Under the pieces are notes generated by a model that had not been told where the DNA came from, ran no database searches, and saw only the letters and a program-made list of their open reading frames with translations. The position numbers were made by a program, and so were the translations under genes. Of a DNA stretch of 64,000 bases, positions 1 to 9,508 are shown one piece after another. This stretch comes from Chloroflexota bacterium (GTDB lineage Bacteria > Chloroflexota > UBA11872 > VXOZ01): contig CAXXVD010000001.1 of the NCBI GenBank assembly GCA_963662335.2, forward strand, positions 288,001-352,000. Reading direction: 5' to 3'. Positions within the stretch are counted from its first letter, which is position 1; each line of letters starts with the position of its first letter.

Positions 1-1
1 G

Positions 2-262
2 GTGGTCACGATCGAAGGCCTGGCGCAGGATGGCGAACTCCATCCGGTGCAGGAGGGCTTCTGGGAAGAGCACGGCTTGCAGTGCGGCTTCTGCACGCCG
101 GGCATCATCATGACCCTGCATCAGGTCCTGGAAGAACAGCCGGACCCCAGCGAGCAGGAAATCCGCCACTCGCTGGCCGGCAACATCTGCCGCTGCACCG
201 GCTACCAGAACATCGTGAAGGCGGCCCAGTATGCCGCCCAGCGCATGCAGGAGCAGGCGTAG
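2..262 (+). CDS. coxS: CoxS/XdhC-type [2Fe-2S] small subunit, 5' truncated by window edge
   Basis: QCGFCTPG and GNICRCTGY [2Fe-2S] motifs; upstream of large subunit. Confidence 0.9.
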   Translation: MVTIEGLAQDGELHPVQEGFWEEHGLQCGFCTPGIIMTLHQVLEEQPDPSEQEIRHSLAGNICRCTGYQNIVKAAQYAAQRMQEQA

Positions 263-463
263 CGCGCGGCCCACGCAATGCCCGTTGCACGACCGCAGGA
301 GCATTGCACGTTAGCAAACAAGCGAGTCTCTAACCAATAGGGCCTTCGCCAATGCAGACCGCAAGCGCTAAGACTCCGTCCACATCTTGAGCGAGTCTTA
401 CGCGAAAGCGGCCTAAAGTGAAGCGGCAAAGGCCGGGTGCGTACTCAGGAAAGGAGCGAAGCG

Positions 464-2845
464 ATGGTCGCGGGCCAGATATCGAAATTGATCGGTTCGC
501 GCGTGAAGCGCAAGGAGGATCCTCGCCTCATCACCGGCGAGGGCAAGTACACCGACGACGTCATCCTGCCGAACATGGCGTACTTCGCGGTGCTGCGCAG
601 TCCCTACGCCCATGCGCGCATTAATAGCATTGACACGGCGCAGGCGGCGGCACACCCCGACGTGTTGGGCGTCATGACCGGCGCGGAAGTCAACGAGCGC
701 TGCAGCGAGCCGTTCCCGCTCTTTGCAATTCTGGACGACATGAAGTATCCGGAACGCTGGCCGATGGCGGCGGCGAAAGTCACCTACGTCGGCGAGCCGG
801 TGGCGGCCGTGGCCGCTTCCTCGCGGGCGGCCGCCCGGGACGCGCTCGACCTGATCGATGTCGACTACGAGCCGCTGCCGGTGGTGACGGACATGGAGAC
901 GGCGGCGGACGCGGGCCAGCCCCTCATCCACGAGGAACTCGGCACCAATCTCTGCTACGAGGCCGCCGACCAGGCCGGCGACCCCGACCGCGCCTTTGCC
1001 GAGGCCGACGGCGTGGTGGAAGCCCGGCTGGAGCAGCCCCGCCTCATTCCCAATCCCATGGAGACCCGGGCGGCGGTGGCCGACTACGAGCGCAGCAGCG
1101 GCAACGCCACCTTGTGGGTCACCACGCAGAATCCGCACATCGAGCGCATGGTCGCGGCCCGCATGTTGGGCATGCCGGAGAACAAGCTGCGCGTGATCGC
1201 CATCGACGTGGGCGGCGGCTTTGGCTGCAAGATCAACACCTATTCCGAGTCCATCATTGCCATCGCGCTGGCGGAGCGCATCGGCCGTCCCGTGAAGTGG
1301 GCGGAAGACCGCACCGAGCACTTCGTCTCCACCAGCCACGGCCGGGGCCAGGCGCAGTACGTGGAAGCCGCCTACAAGAAAGACGGCACGCTGCTGGGCA
1401 TGAAGCTGAAGATCTACGCCGACCTGGGGGCGTACGCGCAGGTCATCTCCCACGTCATTCCCACGCTCACGCCCTCGCTCTCGCCGGGCGTCTACGGCAT
1501 TCGCGACATCGGCTGGACGACGATCGGCGTCTACACCAACAAGATTCCCTACGACGCCTATCGCGGCGCGGGACGGCCGGAAGCGGCCTACATCATCGAG
1601 CGGGTGATGGACTTGATTGCCGACGCCACCGGCAAAGACCCGGTGGCGGTGCGGCGCAAGAACTTCATCCCCAAGGACGCGTTCCCCTACGAAACGCCCA
1701 CCGGCATGGAGTACGACTCCGCCGACTACGACGCGGCCCTGGACAAAGCGCTGGCGATCGCCGACTACGACGGCCTGCGCGCCGAGCAAAAGGCGCAGCG
1801 CAAGGCCGGCAACCTCATGGGCATTGGCGTGACCGTCACCACTGAGGTCTGCGGGTTCGGCCCCGCCGCCGCCATGGGCGGTTTGGGCGGCTTCGAGAGC
1901 GCTACCGTGCGCGTGGACCCCATGGGCAAAGTGACGGTCCTTACCGGCGCGTCGCCTCACGGGCAAGGCGAAGAAACGTCTTTTGCGCAAATCGTAGCCG
2001 ACGATCTCGGCGTGCCGTTCGAGGACGTGGAGATCATCCATGGCGATACGAGCATCGTCGCGCGGGGCGTCGGCACCTTTGGCAGCCGCACGTTGGTGGT
2101 CGGCGGCACGGCCATTCTCAAGGCCAACGAACAGATCAAGGACAAGGCAAAGCGCATCGCCACGGCGCTCCTGGAAGACAAGATTGGCGATACGCTCGCG
2201 CCGCAATCCATTACGCTGGAAGACGGCCTGTTTGCCGTGCAGGACATGCCCGACCAGTACGTGACCTGGGCCGAGGTGGGTTCCGAAGCCTACGACGGCC
2301 AGTTGCTGCCGGAAGACGAGCAACCCGGCCTGGAGGCGGTATCCTTCTGGGAGCCGCCGGGGCTCACGTTCCCTTTCAGCGCGCACATCGCCGTGGTTGA
2401 AATCGACCAGGATACCGGCGAGGTCAGCTTGAAGCGGTACGTTTCCGTGGACGACTGCGGCACGGTGATCAACCCCACGCTCGTGGAGGGGCAGATCCAC
2501 GGCGGCCTGGCGCAGGGCATCGGCCAGGCGCTGCTGGAGCAGGCGGTCTGGGACGACGAAGGCCAGCTTGTGTCCGGTTCGCTCATGGACTACGCCATGC
2601 CGTTCGCCCAGGAATTCCCCATGTTCGAACTTGACCGCACGGTGACGCCGAGCCCGGTCAACCCGCTGGGCGCGAAGGGTATTGGCGAAATGGCGACCAT
2701 CTCCGCCACGCCAACGGTCGCCAACGCGGTGGTGGATGCGCTCTCGCACCTGGGCGTGACCCACGTGGACATCCCCATGACCGGCGAGCGCATTTGGCGC
2801 GTGCTGCAGAAACATGGCCGTAGACGGCGAGGAGGCCGCTCATGA
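464..2845 (+). CDS. coxL: Molybdopterin large subunit, form II CoxL-like (xanthine oxidase family)
   Basis: GGGFG, AYRGAGRPE active-site loop (form II type, not AYRCSFR), GAKGIGE; ATG 464 with AGGAG RBS. Confidence 0.9.
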   Translation: MVAGQISKLIGSRVKRKEDPRLITGEGKYTDDVILPNMAYFAVLRSPYAHARINSIDTAQAAAHPDVLGVMTGAEVNERCSEPFPLFAILDDMKYPERWPMAAAKVTYVGEPVAAVAASSRAAARDALDLIDVDYEPLPVVTDMETAADAGQPLIHEELGTNLCYEAADQAGDPDRAFAEADGVVEARLEQPRLIPNPMETRAAVADYERSSGNATLWVTTQNPHIERMVAARMLGMPENKLRVIAIDVGGGFGCKINTYSESIIAIALAERIGRPVKWAEDRTEHFVSTSHGRGQAQYVEAAYKKDGTLLGMKLKIYADLGAYAQVISHVIPTLTPSLSPGVYGIRDIGWTTIGVYTNKIPYDAYRGAGRPEAAYIIERVMDLIADATGKDPVAVRRKNFIPKDAFPYETPTGMEYDSADYDAALDKALAIADYDGLRAEQKAQRKAGNLMGIGVTVTTEVCGFGPAAAMGGLGGFESATVRVDPMGKVTVLTGASPHGQGEETSFAQIVADDLGVPFEDVEIIHGDTSIVARGVGTFGSRTLVVGGTAILKANEQIKDKAKRIATALLEDKIGDTLAPQSITLEDGLFAVQDMPDQYVTWAEVGSEAYDGQLLPEDEQPGLEAVSFWEPPGLTFPFSAHIAVVEIDQDTGEVSLKRYVSVDDCGTVINPTLVEGQIHGGLAQGIGQALLEQAVWDDEGQLVSGSLMDYAMPFAQEFPMFELDRTVTPSPVNPLGAKGIGEMATISATPTVANAVVDALSHLGVTHVDIPMTGERIWRVLQKHGRRRRGGRS

Positions 2846-3714
2846 TCCCCCAAGCGTTTGATTACTACGCGCCCACGTCTGTTGCCGACGCCCTGCGGCT
2901 GCTGCGGCAGCACGGGGACGAGGCGAAACTGCTGGCCGGCGGCCACAGCCTGCTGCCCATCATGAAACTGCGGCTGAGCACGCCGGAGTGTCTGATCGAC
3001 TTGGGCAGGATTGAGGAACTGCGCTTCATCAACGAGGCCGACGACGGCTCTCTGGCGATTGGCGCCATGTCCACGTACCACGACATCAAGAATTCGGCGC
3101 TCGTGCAGACGCGCGTGCCCGCGCTGGCGGCAGCCGCCGGTGAGGTGGGCGACGTGCAGGTGCAGAACAAGGGCACCATCGGCGGCAGCCTGGCCCACGC
3201 CGATCCGGCGGGAGACTTCCCCGCTCTGGCGCTGGCGCTGAACTTCGAGCTTGTCACCGCGACGGCCCGTTCCGGCCGCACCATCGCTATCGACCGCTTT
3301 TTCCGCGACCTCCTGACTACGGCCCTGCGGCCCAACGAGATTCTGACCGAAGTCCACGTTCCCGCGTTACCGCCTCGCACCGGCGTTTCCTACCAGAAAC
3401 TGCCGAACAAGGCCTCCCACTACGCCGTGGTGGGCGTGGCCGCGTCTATCACGCTGGATGACTCCGGCGTGTGCACGGAAGCGCGTATCGGCGTGACCGG
3501 CGCCGGCCCCAAAGCCGTCCGCGCGCGCAGCACCGAGCGCATCCTGAAAGGCAAGCACGTCGACGCCGCCGTCATCCGCCGCGCCGCCAAACGCGCCGCC
3601 GCCAACGTCGAGGACTTCAACGACGACCTCCACGCCTCGGCGGAGTACCGCGAGCACCTGACGACGGTGTTTGCCGAGAGGGCAATTGAGGAAGCCTTAT
3701 CGCGGGCCGGATAG
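2842..3714 (+). CDS. coxM: FAD-binding medium subunit CoxM-like
   Basis: LAGGHSLLP, TIGGSLAHADPAGD motifs; ATGA overlap with coxL stop. Confidence 0.92.
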   Translation: MIPQAFDYYAPTSVADALRLLRQHGDEAKLLAGGHSLLPIMKLRLSTPECLIDLGRIEELRFINEADDGSLAIGAMSTYHDIKNSALVQTRVPALAAAAGEVGDVQVQNKGTIGGSLAHADPAGDFPALALALNFELVTATARSGRTIAIDRFFRDLLTTALRPNEILTEVHVPALPPRTGVSYQKLPNKASHYAVVGVAASITLDDSGVCTEARIGVTGAGPKAVRARSTERILKGKHVDAAVIRRAAKRAAANVEDFNDDLHASAEYREHLTTVFAERAIEEALSRAG

Positions 3715-3791
3715 CGGCAGTTGCACCTGAGCGGGGCGGTCTTCGCCAGCCGGATCGCGTTGCAGACTCCATGACGCGAAATGACGAATGG

Positions 3792-3819
3792 GTAGGGGCA
3801 CGATATATCGTGCCCCTAC
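3792..3819. repeat. Perfect 28-bp GTAG-type REP palindrome
   Basis: GTAGGGGCACGATATATCGTGCCCCTAC equals its own reverse complement. Confidence 0.9.
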
Positions 3820-4563
3820 GTTTGTGAATCTACTATTTCAGCAAAGCCCGTACTCGTCTCGTGGTCATCGGGTAAGGATTCGGCGTGGGCGTTGCACGTG
3901 CTGCGTCAGCAGCCTGAGCGGTACGACGTGCGCGGTATTTTCACCACCGTGACGCCGCACTTCGACCGCGTGGCGATACAGGCCACGCCGGTTTCGGTGC
4001 TCCGCGTGCAGGCCGAGCGGTTGGGCTTGCCGTTGTACGAGATTCCCATTCCGTATCCGTGTTCCAATGAAGAGTATGAGGCGGCTATGGCGCAGTTCCT
4101 CGATATGGTGCGTGACTTGCCGCCGCGCTTGACAGCCAAGACCTTTGCCTTTGGCGATCTCTTCCTGGAGGACATTCGCGCGTACCGGGAGTCGAAGCTG
4201 GCGGGCACGGGTTTTCACGCCATCTTTCCGGTCTGGGGCCTGCCGACGGCGGAGTTGGCACAGACCATGTTGCGCTCCGGGCTAAGAGCCATCGTCACGG
4301 CGGTGAGCCCGACCTCCAAGCTCGACCGCAGCTTTGCCGGGCGTTGGTTCGACCAGTCATTCTTAGACGATCTGCCCGATGGGACGGACCCACTCGGAGA
4401 AAACGGCGAGTTTCACACCTGCGTCGTGGCCGGCCCCATGCTCAGCCGGCCGATTGCCGCGCGACCTGGTGAAATCGTCGGCCGGCCGGTCGGCCGCAAC
4501 CACGACGGCACCGTCGGCACGGTCACCGCTTGGTACGCGGACGTGGAATTGCTGAAAGAGTAG
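3820..4563 (+). CDS. PP-loop ATP pyrophosphatase, MJ0570/diphthine-ammonia ligase-like; start codon unresolved, possibly disrupted
   Basis: SWSSGKDS PP-loop lies upstream of the ORF-track start 3892; FGDLFLEDIRAYRE and GENGEFHT motifs. Confidence 0.75.
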   Translation, partial: VCESTISAKPVLVSWSSGKDSAWALHVLRQQPERYDVRGIFTTVTPHFDRVAIQATPVSVLRVQAERLGLPLYEIPIPYPCSNEEYEAAMAQFLDMVRDLPPRLTAKTFAFGDLFLEDIRAYRESKLAGTGFHAIFPVWGLPTAELAQTMLRSGLRAIVTAVSPTSKLDRSFAGRWFDQSFLDDLPDGTDPLGENGEFHTCVVAGPMLSRPIAARPGEIVGRPVGRNHDGTVGTVTAWYADVELLKE

Positions 4564-4657
4564 TGCATGTTGCCAGCGAGTGACGAAAAGACAAGGAAGC
4601 GAAGCTATCCGCTGAATGGACCGCCCACACGTCGCGTCGATACCTCCTGCATCACCA

Positions 4658-7243
4658 CTACGGGAGCACGATGCGAAGCACGGCCCCCCCGAAAGTGAGC
4701 ACGTACACCTCGCCATCGGCATCGGTGCCGAATGACGAGACCGACCGCGGACTCACGGCAACCTCAACCACGTCGCCGCCATCCGGAGGCAGCGCCCACA
4801 GTTGCCCGCGGCAGAAGTCCGAGAAGAGGTAGTGCCCGACGAGCGCCGGGATGGCTTTCCCACGGTACACCAGGCCGCCCGTAACCGAGCAACCGAGGTG
4901 GTGGCCGTACTCCACCACAGGCAGGACGGTGCCGTCCGTATCACACCCCGTCGGGGGACTGTTGCAACGTGTGCCTTCAAGACGGTTCCAGCCGTAATTG
5001 CCACCGGCCTCAACGCGGTCGATCTCCTCAATGTCTGCTCGTCCCACGTCGGCCGCCCACAGCACGCCGGTTGCCGGGTCGAACGCCATGCGCCACGGGT
5101 TGCGGAACCCGTACGCCCAGATCTCGGGTCGCGCCCCCGGTACATCGACGAACGGGTTATCGGGCGGGATGGCGTAGGGCGAGGCTGTTGAGGCTTCACG
5201 GACGTCGATGCGGATGATACTGCCCAGCAGGGTTCCCAGATCCTGGGAATTGCGGTCGAACGAGCCGTCGCCCAACCCGAGGTACAGCATTCCGTCGGGC
5301 CCGAAGCGGATGCTGCCGCCGTTGTGGTTCGCGAACTGCTTTTCGATTTCCATGACCACGAGTTCGGAGCCGGAATGCACCCGTCGCAGGTCATCGAGGT
5401 CCACCGAGAAGCGCGAGAGCCGCGTCCTGCGCGGCGCACCCTTCACTGAGTAGTAGACCCAGAGGTGGCCGGTCTCCTCGAAGCGTGGGTCAAGGGCGAC
5501 GCTGAGGAAACCCTCCTCGGTGCCCGCCAACGATACGCGGTCAGTGATGTCGAGCAACTCAACGGCCTCGTCGCCATCGGGGTGCAGCAGCAGGATACGG
5601 CCTTCCCTCTCGGCTACGAACGCGCCGGGGCCGGCTTCGCCGGATGGCCCGATCGGGTACGCGCCAATCTCGACCGGCTGCTCGAACTCCCGTCCGCCGA
5701 ACACCTCCTGGAGTGCGACCGCGAGCAGAACCTGGGAGGGCTGGGGGGCCGTGGCCGGCGGCGTGACACGAACCGGTACCGGACTGCCCGGAATCTCCCC
5801 GCTCAGTTGGTTCCCGTGGAGGCGCAGGTCCGTCAGTTTGGCAAGGCTAAGCAACCCCGGCGGAATCTCGCCGCTCAACTGGTTGTTGTGGAGCCACAGC
5901 CGTTCTAGATTCGCGAGGTGAGCCAACTCCGGCGGTATCTCGCCGCTCAACCGGTTGTAGCTGAGCTTCATCTCTCTCAGGTTGGTTAGGTTTCCCAGTT
6001 CCGGCGGAATTTCCCCGTTCAACCGGTTGTCACCGATCCTCAACTCTCTCAGGTTGGCGAGATTGCCGAGTTCAGCCGGAATCTTCCCCCTCAGTTGGTT
6101 CCGGTGGAGCCTCAGCAAACCCAGGTTCGCGAGGCTGCCCAGTTCCGGCGGTATCTCCCCGCTCAACTGGTTGTTGTGGAGGTACAGCCCCGTCAGATTG
6201 GTGAGGCTGCCGATTTGCGGAGGTATCTTCCCACTCAGCCCGTTTTCCTGGAGGTACAGCCATCTCAGGTTCGCGAGGCTGCCCAACTCCGGCGGTATTT
6301 CCTCGGTCAGCCGGTTGCTGTCGAGCCACAGCACGGTGAGGCTGGCAAGGCTGCCCAACTCCGGCGGTATCTCCCCGCTCAACTGGTTCCGGTGGAGGCG
6401 CAACTCCTTCAGTTTGGCAAGGCTGCCCAGTTCTGGCGGAATCTTCCCGCTCAACTGGTTGTTGTCGAGCCACAGCCGATTCAGGTTGGCGAGGCTGCCC
6501 AACTCCGGCGGTATTTCCCCGCTCAACTGGTTTCCGCTGAGCCACAGCGATGCCAGGTTTGCGAGGCTGCCCAACTCCGGCGGAATCTCCCCGCTCAACC
6601 GGTTATTATCGAGCTTCAACTCTCTCAGGTGGGTTAGGTTCCCAAGCTCTGGCGGCATTTTCCCGCTCAACTGGTTCCGGTGGAGGCGCAGGTACGTGAC
6701 GCGTCCCCTTGCGTCAACGACAACGCCATACCATTCTCCGATTGGCGCACTGCTCAGCCACTTGCTGCTGTACTTCCACTTTTCGCCGCCCGTGGCGTTG
6801 AACAGGGCGACGAGCGCCTCTCTGTCCCGCGGCACGGCCGTTGCGGTCACGTCAGGTGTTGGTCTCGGAGGCGGGGTTGAGATGGGAATAGGGGTAGCGA
6901 CGCTGCCACCGGGGGCGTAGTCGGCTTCCCATGGGAAGCGTTCGGTATTGAGGCGCTGGACGAGGCCGTTGGGGCCGTTGATCCAGGTGCGGTAGCCGTC
7001 GGTGAAGGCGGTCCAGTTGTCGGCTTTGCGCCAGGCGAGGAGGCCGCCGGTGGTATGCTGCAGGGCATCGCCATTGGCGCCGTGGTGCTGGTTCTCCAAG
7101 CACTCACCGACGACCTCGTGGCCGATAAGATCGCGCAGGGTCTTGAAGCCCAGCACAAACTCGCAATTGGCGGCGTGAACCGCACTCGGCGCGAGCAGCG
7201 CCATGAGAAGACCGAGAATGAGCAGACTAAGGCGTTTCAACAC
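4658..7243 (-). CDS. Secreted protein: N-terminal domain + 13 plant-type LRRs + PQQ-dependent glucose/sorbosone dehydrogenase-like domain
   Basis: Signal peptide; LxxLxLxxNxLSGxIPxELG repeats; NHNGGSIRFGPDG, YGFRNPWR, GGNYGW motifs. Confidence 0.88.
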   Translation of the reverse strand: MLKRLSLLILGLLMALLAPSAVHAANCEFVLGFKTLRDLIGHEVVGECLENQHHGANGDALQHTTGGLLAWRKADNWTAFTDGYRTWINGPNGLVQRLNTERFPWEADYAPGGSVATPIPISTPPPRPTPDVTATAVPRDREALVALFNATGGEKWKYSSKWLSSAPIGEWYGVVVDARGRVTYLRLHRNQLSGKMPPELGNLTHLRELKLDNNRLSGEIPPELGSLANLASLWLSGNQLSGEIPPELGSLANLNRLWLDNNQLSGKIPPELGSLAKLKELRLHRNQLSGEIPPELGSLASLTVLWLDSNRLTEEIPPELGSLANLRWLYLQENGLSGKIPPQIGSLTNLTGLYLHNNQLSGEIPPELGSLANLGLLRLHRNQLRGKIPAELGNLANLRELRIGDNRLNGEIPPELGNLTNLREMKLSYNRLSGEIPPELAHLANLERLWLHNNQLSGEIPPGLLSLAKLTDLRLHGNQLSGEIPGSPVPVRVTPPATAPQPSQVLLAVALQEVFGGREFEQPVEIGAYPIGPSGEAGPGAFVAEREGRILLLHPDGDEAVELLDITDRVSLAGTEEGFLSVALDPRFEETGHLWVYYSVKGAPRRTRLSRFSVDLDDLRRVHSGSELVVMEIEKQFANHNGGSIRFGPDGMLYLGLGDGSFDRNSQDLGTLLGSIIRIDVREASTASPYAIPPDNPFVDVPGARPEIWAYGFRNPWRMAFDPATGVLWAADVGRADIEEIDRVEAGGNYGWNRLEGTRCNSPPTGCDTDGTVLPVVEYGHHLGCSVTGGLVYRGKAIPALVGHYLFSDFCRGQLWALPPDGGDVVEVAVSPRSVSSFGTDADGEVYVLTFGGAVLRIVLP
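5790..6700 (-). repeat. 72-bp coding tandem repeats (24-aa LRR units); boundaries approximate
   Basis: Recurring ccgctcaactgg...gcccaactccggcgg at 72-bp period. Confidence 0.85.
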
Positions 7244-7543
7244 AGCACCCCATTTACGGCGCGTGGAAACCTGCCGCTTGTCACAGCAGCGGCGCTCGTG
7301 TTGTGAGCCGCAAGCGAATACGCACGTTTTGAGACCAGTCGTCCCTGGAGGGAGTTATTGCATAGACCATCCACATTCTAGCATAGGTAGACATAGAACG
7401 GAGTGGTTAGAGCGGGAGGCAGTAGCGGACTAGGACGTTTCCTCTCGGTGAGACCTTTGCGTAACTTTGCTAATCTGCCGGCGCAATGCGGGCGCCCACT
7501 CACTAGAGAGGGCTGGAAGAGGCAACAGTTCGCCGCTTCGCTC

Positions 7544-8374
7544 TCACGCAGGTGCCAGCGGCAAATCGAGGAACTCCGCGAAGGTCTCCAGATACGCTTC
7601 GCCGCCCACGTAATGCACGTCGTTGTGGTCGGCGCCGCGGACGATGTAGCGTTGCTTGGGCTCGTTGGCGATGGCGTAGAGCGTATCGGCGTGGTTAGGG
7701 GGCACGGTGCGGTCGCGGTTGCCGTGGATGATGAGCACCGGCACATGAACGGCGGCCAGGTGCTCGCGGTTACTGTAGCGCGTGTAGAGCAGGGGGCCCA
7801 GCGGCAGGAACGGGAGCAGTACCCTCGCCATGTCCGGCGAGGACGTGAACGCCGATTCCAGTATCAGCCGGTACGGCGCTTCCTCAGTGGCAAGGCGCGA
7901 CGCCACCGCGCCGCCCAGCGACCGGCCGTAGTAGACGATGCGCGCCGAGTTCACGTCGTCGCGAGAGTGAAGATACGCCAGCGCGTCGCGGGCATCCTGG
8001 TAGAGGCCCTCCTCAGAAGGCGTGCCGGCGCTCCTGCCATACCCGCGATAGTCGAAGATGAAGAAACTCACGCCCAGCCGGTCGTGCAGCCGCTTGATGA
8101 ACTCCACCCGCCCCGGGTGCGACAGATTGCTGGCATTGCCGTGAAACCACAGGACGGTTACGTCCGCGCGGCCAGGCACGAACCACCCGTGCAACCTCTC
8201 TCCTTCCCCAAACCAAACGTCCTCATACGCAAGCCCAATCTCAGCGGGCGTCATATGGGTCTCGCGATCGGGAAAGTAGATGAATTTGTCTTCCAGCCGC
8301 AGCACGCGCGCCAATAGCAGCAGACCGGCCAGGACGAGTACCGCGATGAGAATGCTCGTGCCCATGTTCCGCAT
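7544..8374 (-). CDS. Alpha/beta hydrolase (ABHD13/BEM46-like), N-terminal membrane anchor
   Basis: FHGNA, DYRGYGRS, GRSLGG nucleophile elbow, HGNRD, GADHND. Confidence 0.9.
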   Translation of the reverse strand: MRNMGTSILIAVLVLAGLLLLARVLRLEDKFIYFPDRETHMTPAEIGLAYEDVWFGEGERLHGWFVPGRADVTVLWFHGNASNLSHPGRVEFIKRLHDRLGVSFFIFDYRGYGRSAGTPSEEGLYQDARDALAYLHSRDDVNSARIVYYGRSLGGAVASRLATEEAPYRLILESAFTSSPDMARVLLPFLPLGPLLYTRYSNREHLAAVHVPVLIIHGNRDRTVPPNHADTLYAIANEPKQRYIVRGADHNDVHYVGGEAYLETFAEFLDLPLAPA

Positions 8375-8395
8375 GATTCAATTGACTTCTGGCCG

Positions 8396-9289
8396 TTAGC
8401 CCCTATCGGGGATGTGCTGGTTGGCAAACCAGAAAGAATCTTCCGTAAGCGGCTCCGGTGACTGCTGCATGGAGTTGAAATCCTTGAGCGCCGGGCGCAC
8501 GTCGTCTTCCCAGATGTCCTCGATGTCCGCGAAGGTCAGGGTCTTCCGCGCCGGCTGCACGCGGTCGTATTCCGCCAGCAGTTCCTTGGCGCTGGCGCCG
8601 AGGCTGGCCACGATGTCGGCGTGCATGCGTTCGCCGGCGCGGCGGTCGGACGCGGTGGCGTCATCGCCCATGGCGAAGTGCGGCCCCGGCGTGCCGGTCG
8701 GCGGAATGCGGGTCAGGTCCACGCCGCCCGGCGTCACCGACCAGAGCAGCGACGTTTCACCGCGCCCCGCGTGACCGCCCATGCCTTCATCATCCTCGAA
8801 GCGCGACTCTCCAGTGCCCATGCCAATGGGCATGTGGCAGTGCAGCCGGGTAGCCACGTGCCGCTGCATGATCTCCAGAAACGCCGGAATGTCCGGGCTA
8901 TGCGGCCCGGCGTGGCCGGAGAAGATGATGGCCCCGTGAAAGCCGTGGGCGTCCACGGCGCGAATGTGGTAGCTCATGTTCTTGAAGAACATCCACGGCG
9001 GCACGGACGTCAGCCACGTGCGGTTGTTGCCGATGGTGCGGTCTCCCCAGTTCGCGGAAGTCCCGGCCTCGTGGCAGTGCCAGTACGTGGTCGGCATCAC
9101 CACGCCGCCGTATTGTTCCGCCGCCTCGCGCATATGCCCCTCGGGTCGCAGCGCGTCACACCCCAGCACGTTCTGCGGCCCGTGCGGCTCGCACAACCCA
9201 TAGGGCATGTACACCACCGGAAACGCCGCAATCGCCGCTTCCAACTCGTCGCGGAACATCAGTTCCCAACGCACTTCTCGCCGTTGCAT
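8396..9289 (-). CDS. Creatininase/creatinine amidohydrolase family protein
   Basis: EPHGP...D, SGHAG, GHAGRGETS metal-binding motifs. Confidence 0.85.
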   Translation of the reverse strand: MQRREVRWELMFRDELEAAIAAFPVVYMPYGLCEPHGPQNVLGCDALRPEGHMREAAEQYGGVVMPTTYWHCHEAGTSANWGDRTIGNNRTWLTSVPPWMFFKNMSYHIRAVDAHGFHGAIIFSGHAGPHSPDIPAFLEIMQRHVATRLHCHMPIGMGTGESRFEDDEGMGGHAGRGETSLLWSVTPGGVDLTRIPPTGTPGPHFAMGDDATASDRRAGERMHADIVASLGASAKELLAEYDRVQPARKTLTFADIEDIWEDDVRPALKDFNSMQQSPEPLTEDSFWFANQHIPDRG

Positions 9290-9508
9290 AGTCCAAGACT
9301 CCTTTTTGCAAGCCGATGCTGACCCTAGTCAGCGCGACCCATTCGTCTTATACTTATTTTAGCGCCAATTCACGCTGAGACTATCTGCCAACTGTTCGTC
9401 AACTGGCATTGTGTAGCCCCATGGTGCCTATCAACTCTGGCCTCAGTCGCCCTCACTCCTTGTCCACACATCTGTTAACTCCTATGAGTCAAGGGCCAAA
9501 ACGATGCG

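Noticed and set aside
413-2815. 800-aa antisense ORF over coxL; likewise 18655-21693, 50366-52015, 40172-41356 and others
   Set aside because: Shadow frames expected from G/C-ending codon bias; no motifs, and the opposite strand has the clear gene
3781-3795. In-frame ATG...TAG suggesting pyrrolysine readthrough
   Set aside because: No pyl genes in the window and the TAG is simply part of the GTAG tag of the palindrome
5790-6700. LRR repeats as a diversity-generating retroelement target
   Set aside because: No reverse transcriptase and no template/variable repeat pair with adenine-specific differences evident
7450-7588. Possible 139-bp MITE bounded by GAGACCTTTGCG and CGCGAAGGTCTC
   Set aside because: No TSD, and the right-hand match is normal hydrolase coding sequence (ETFA); only the left 11-mer is kept as a possible relic
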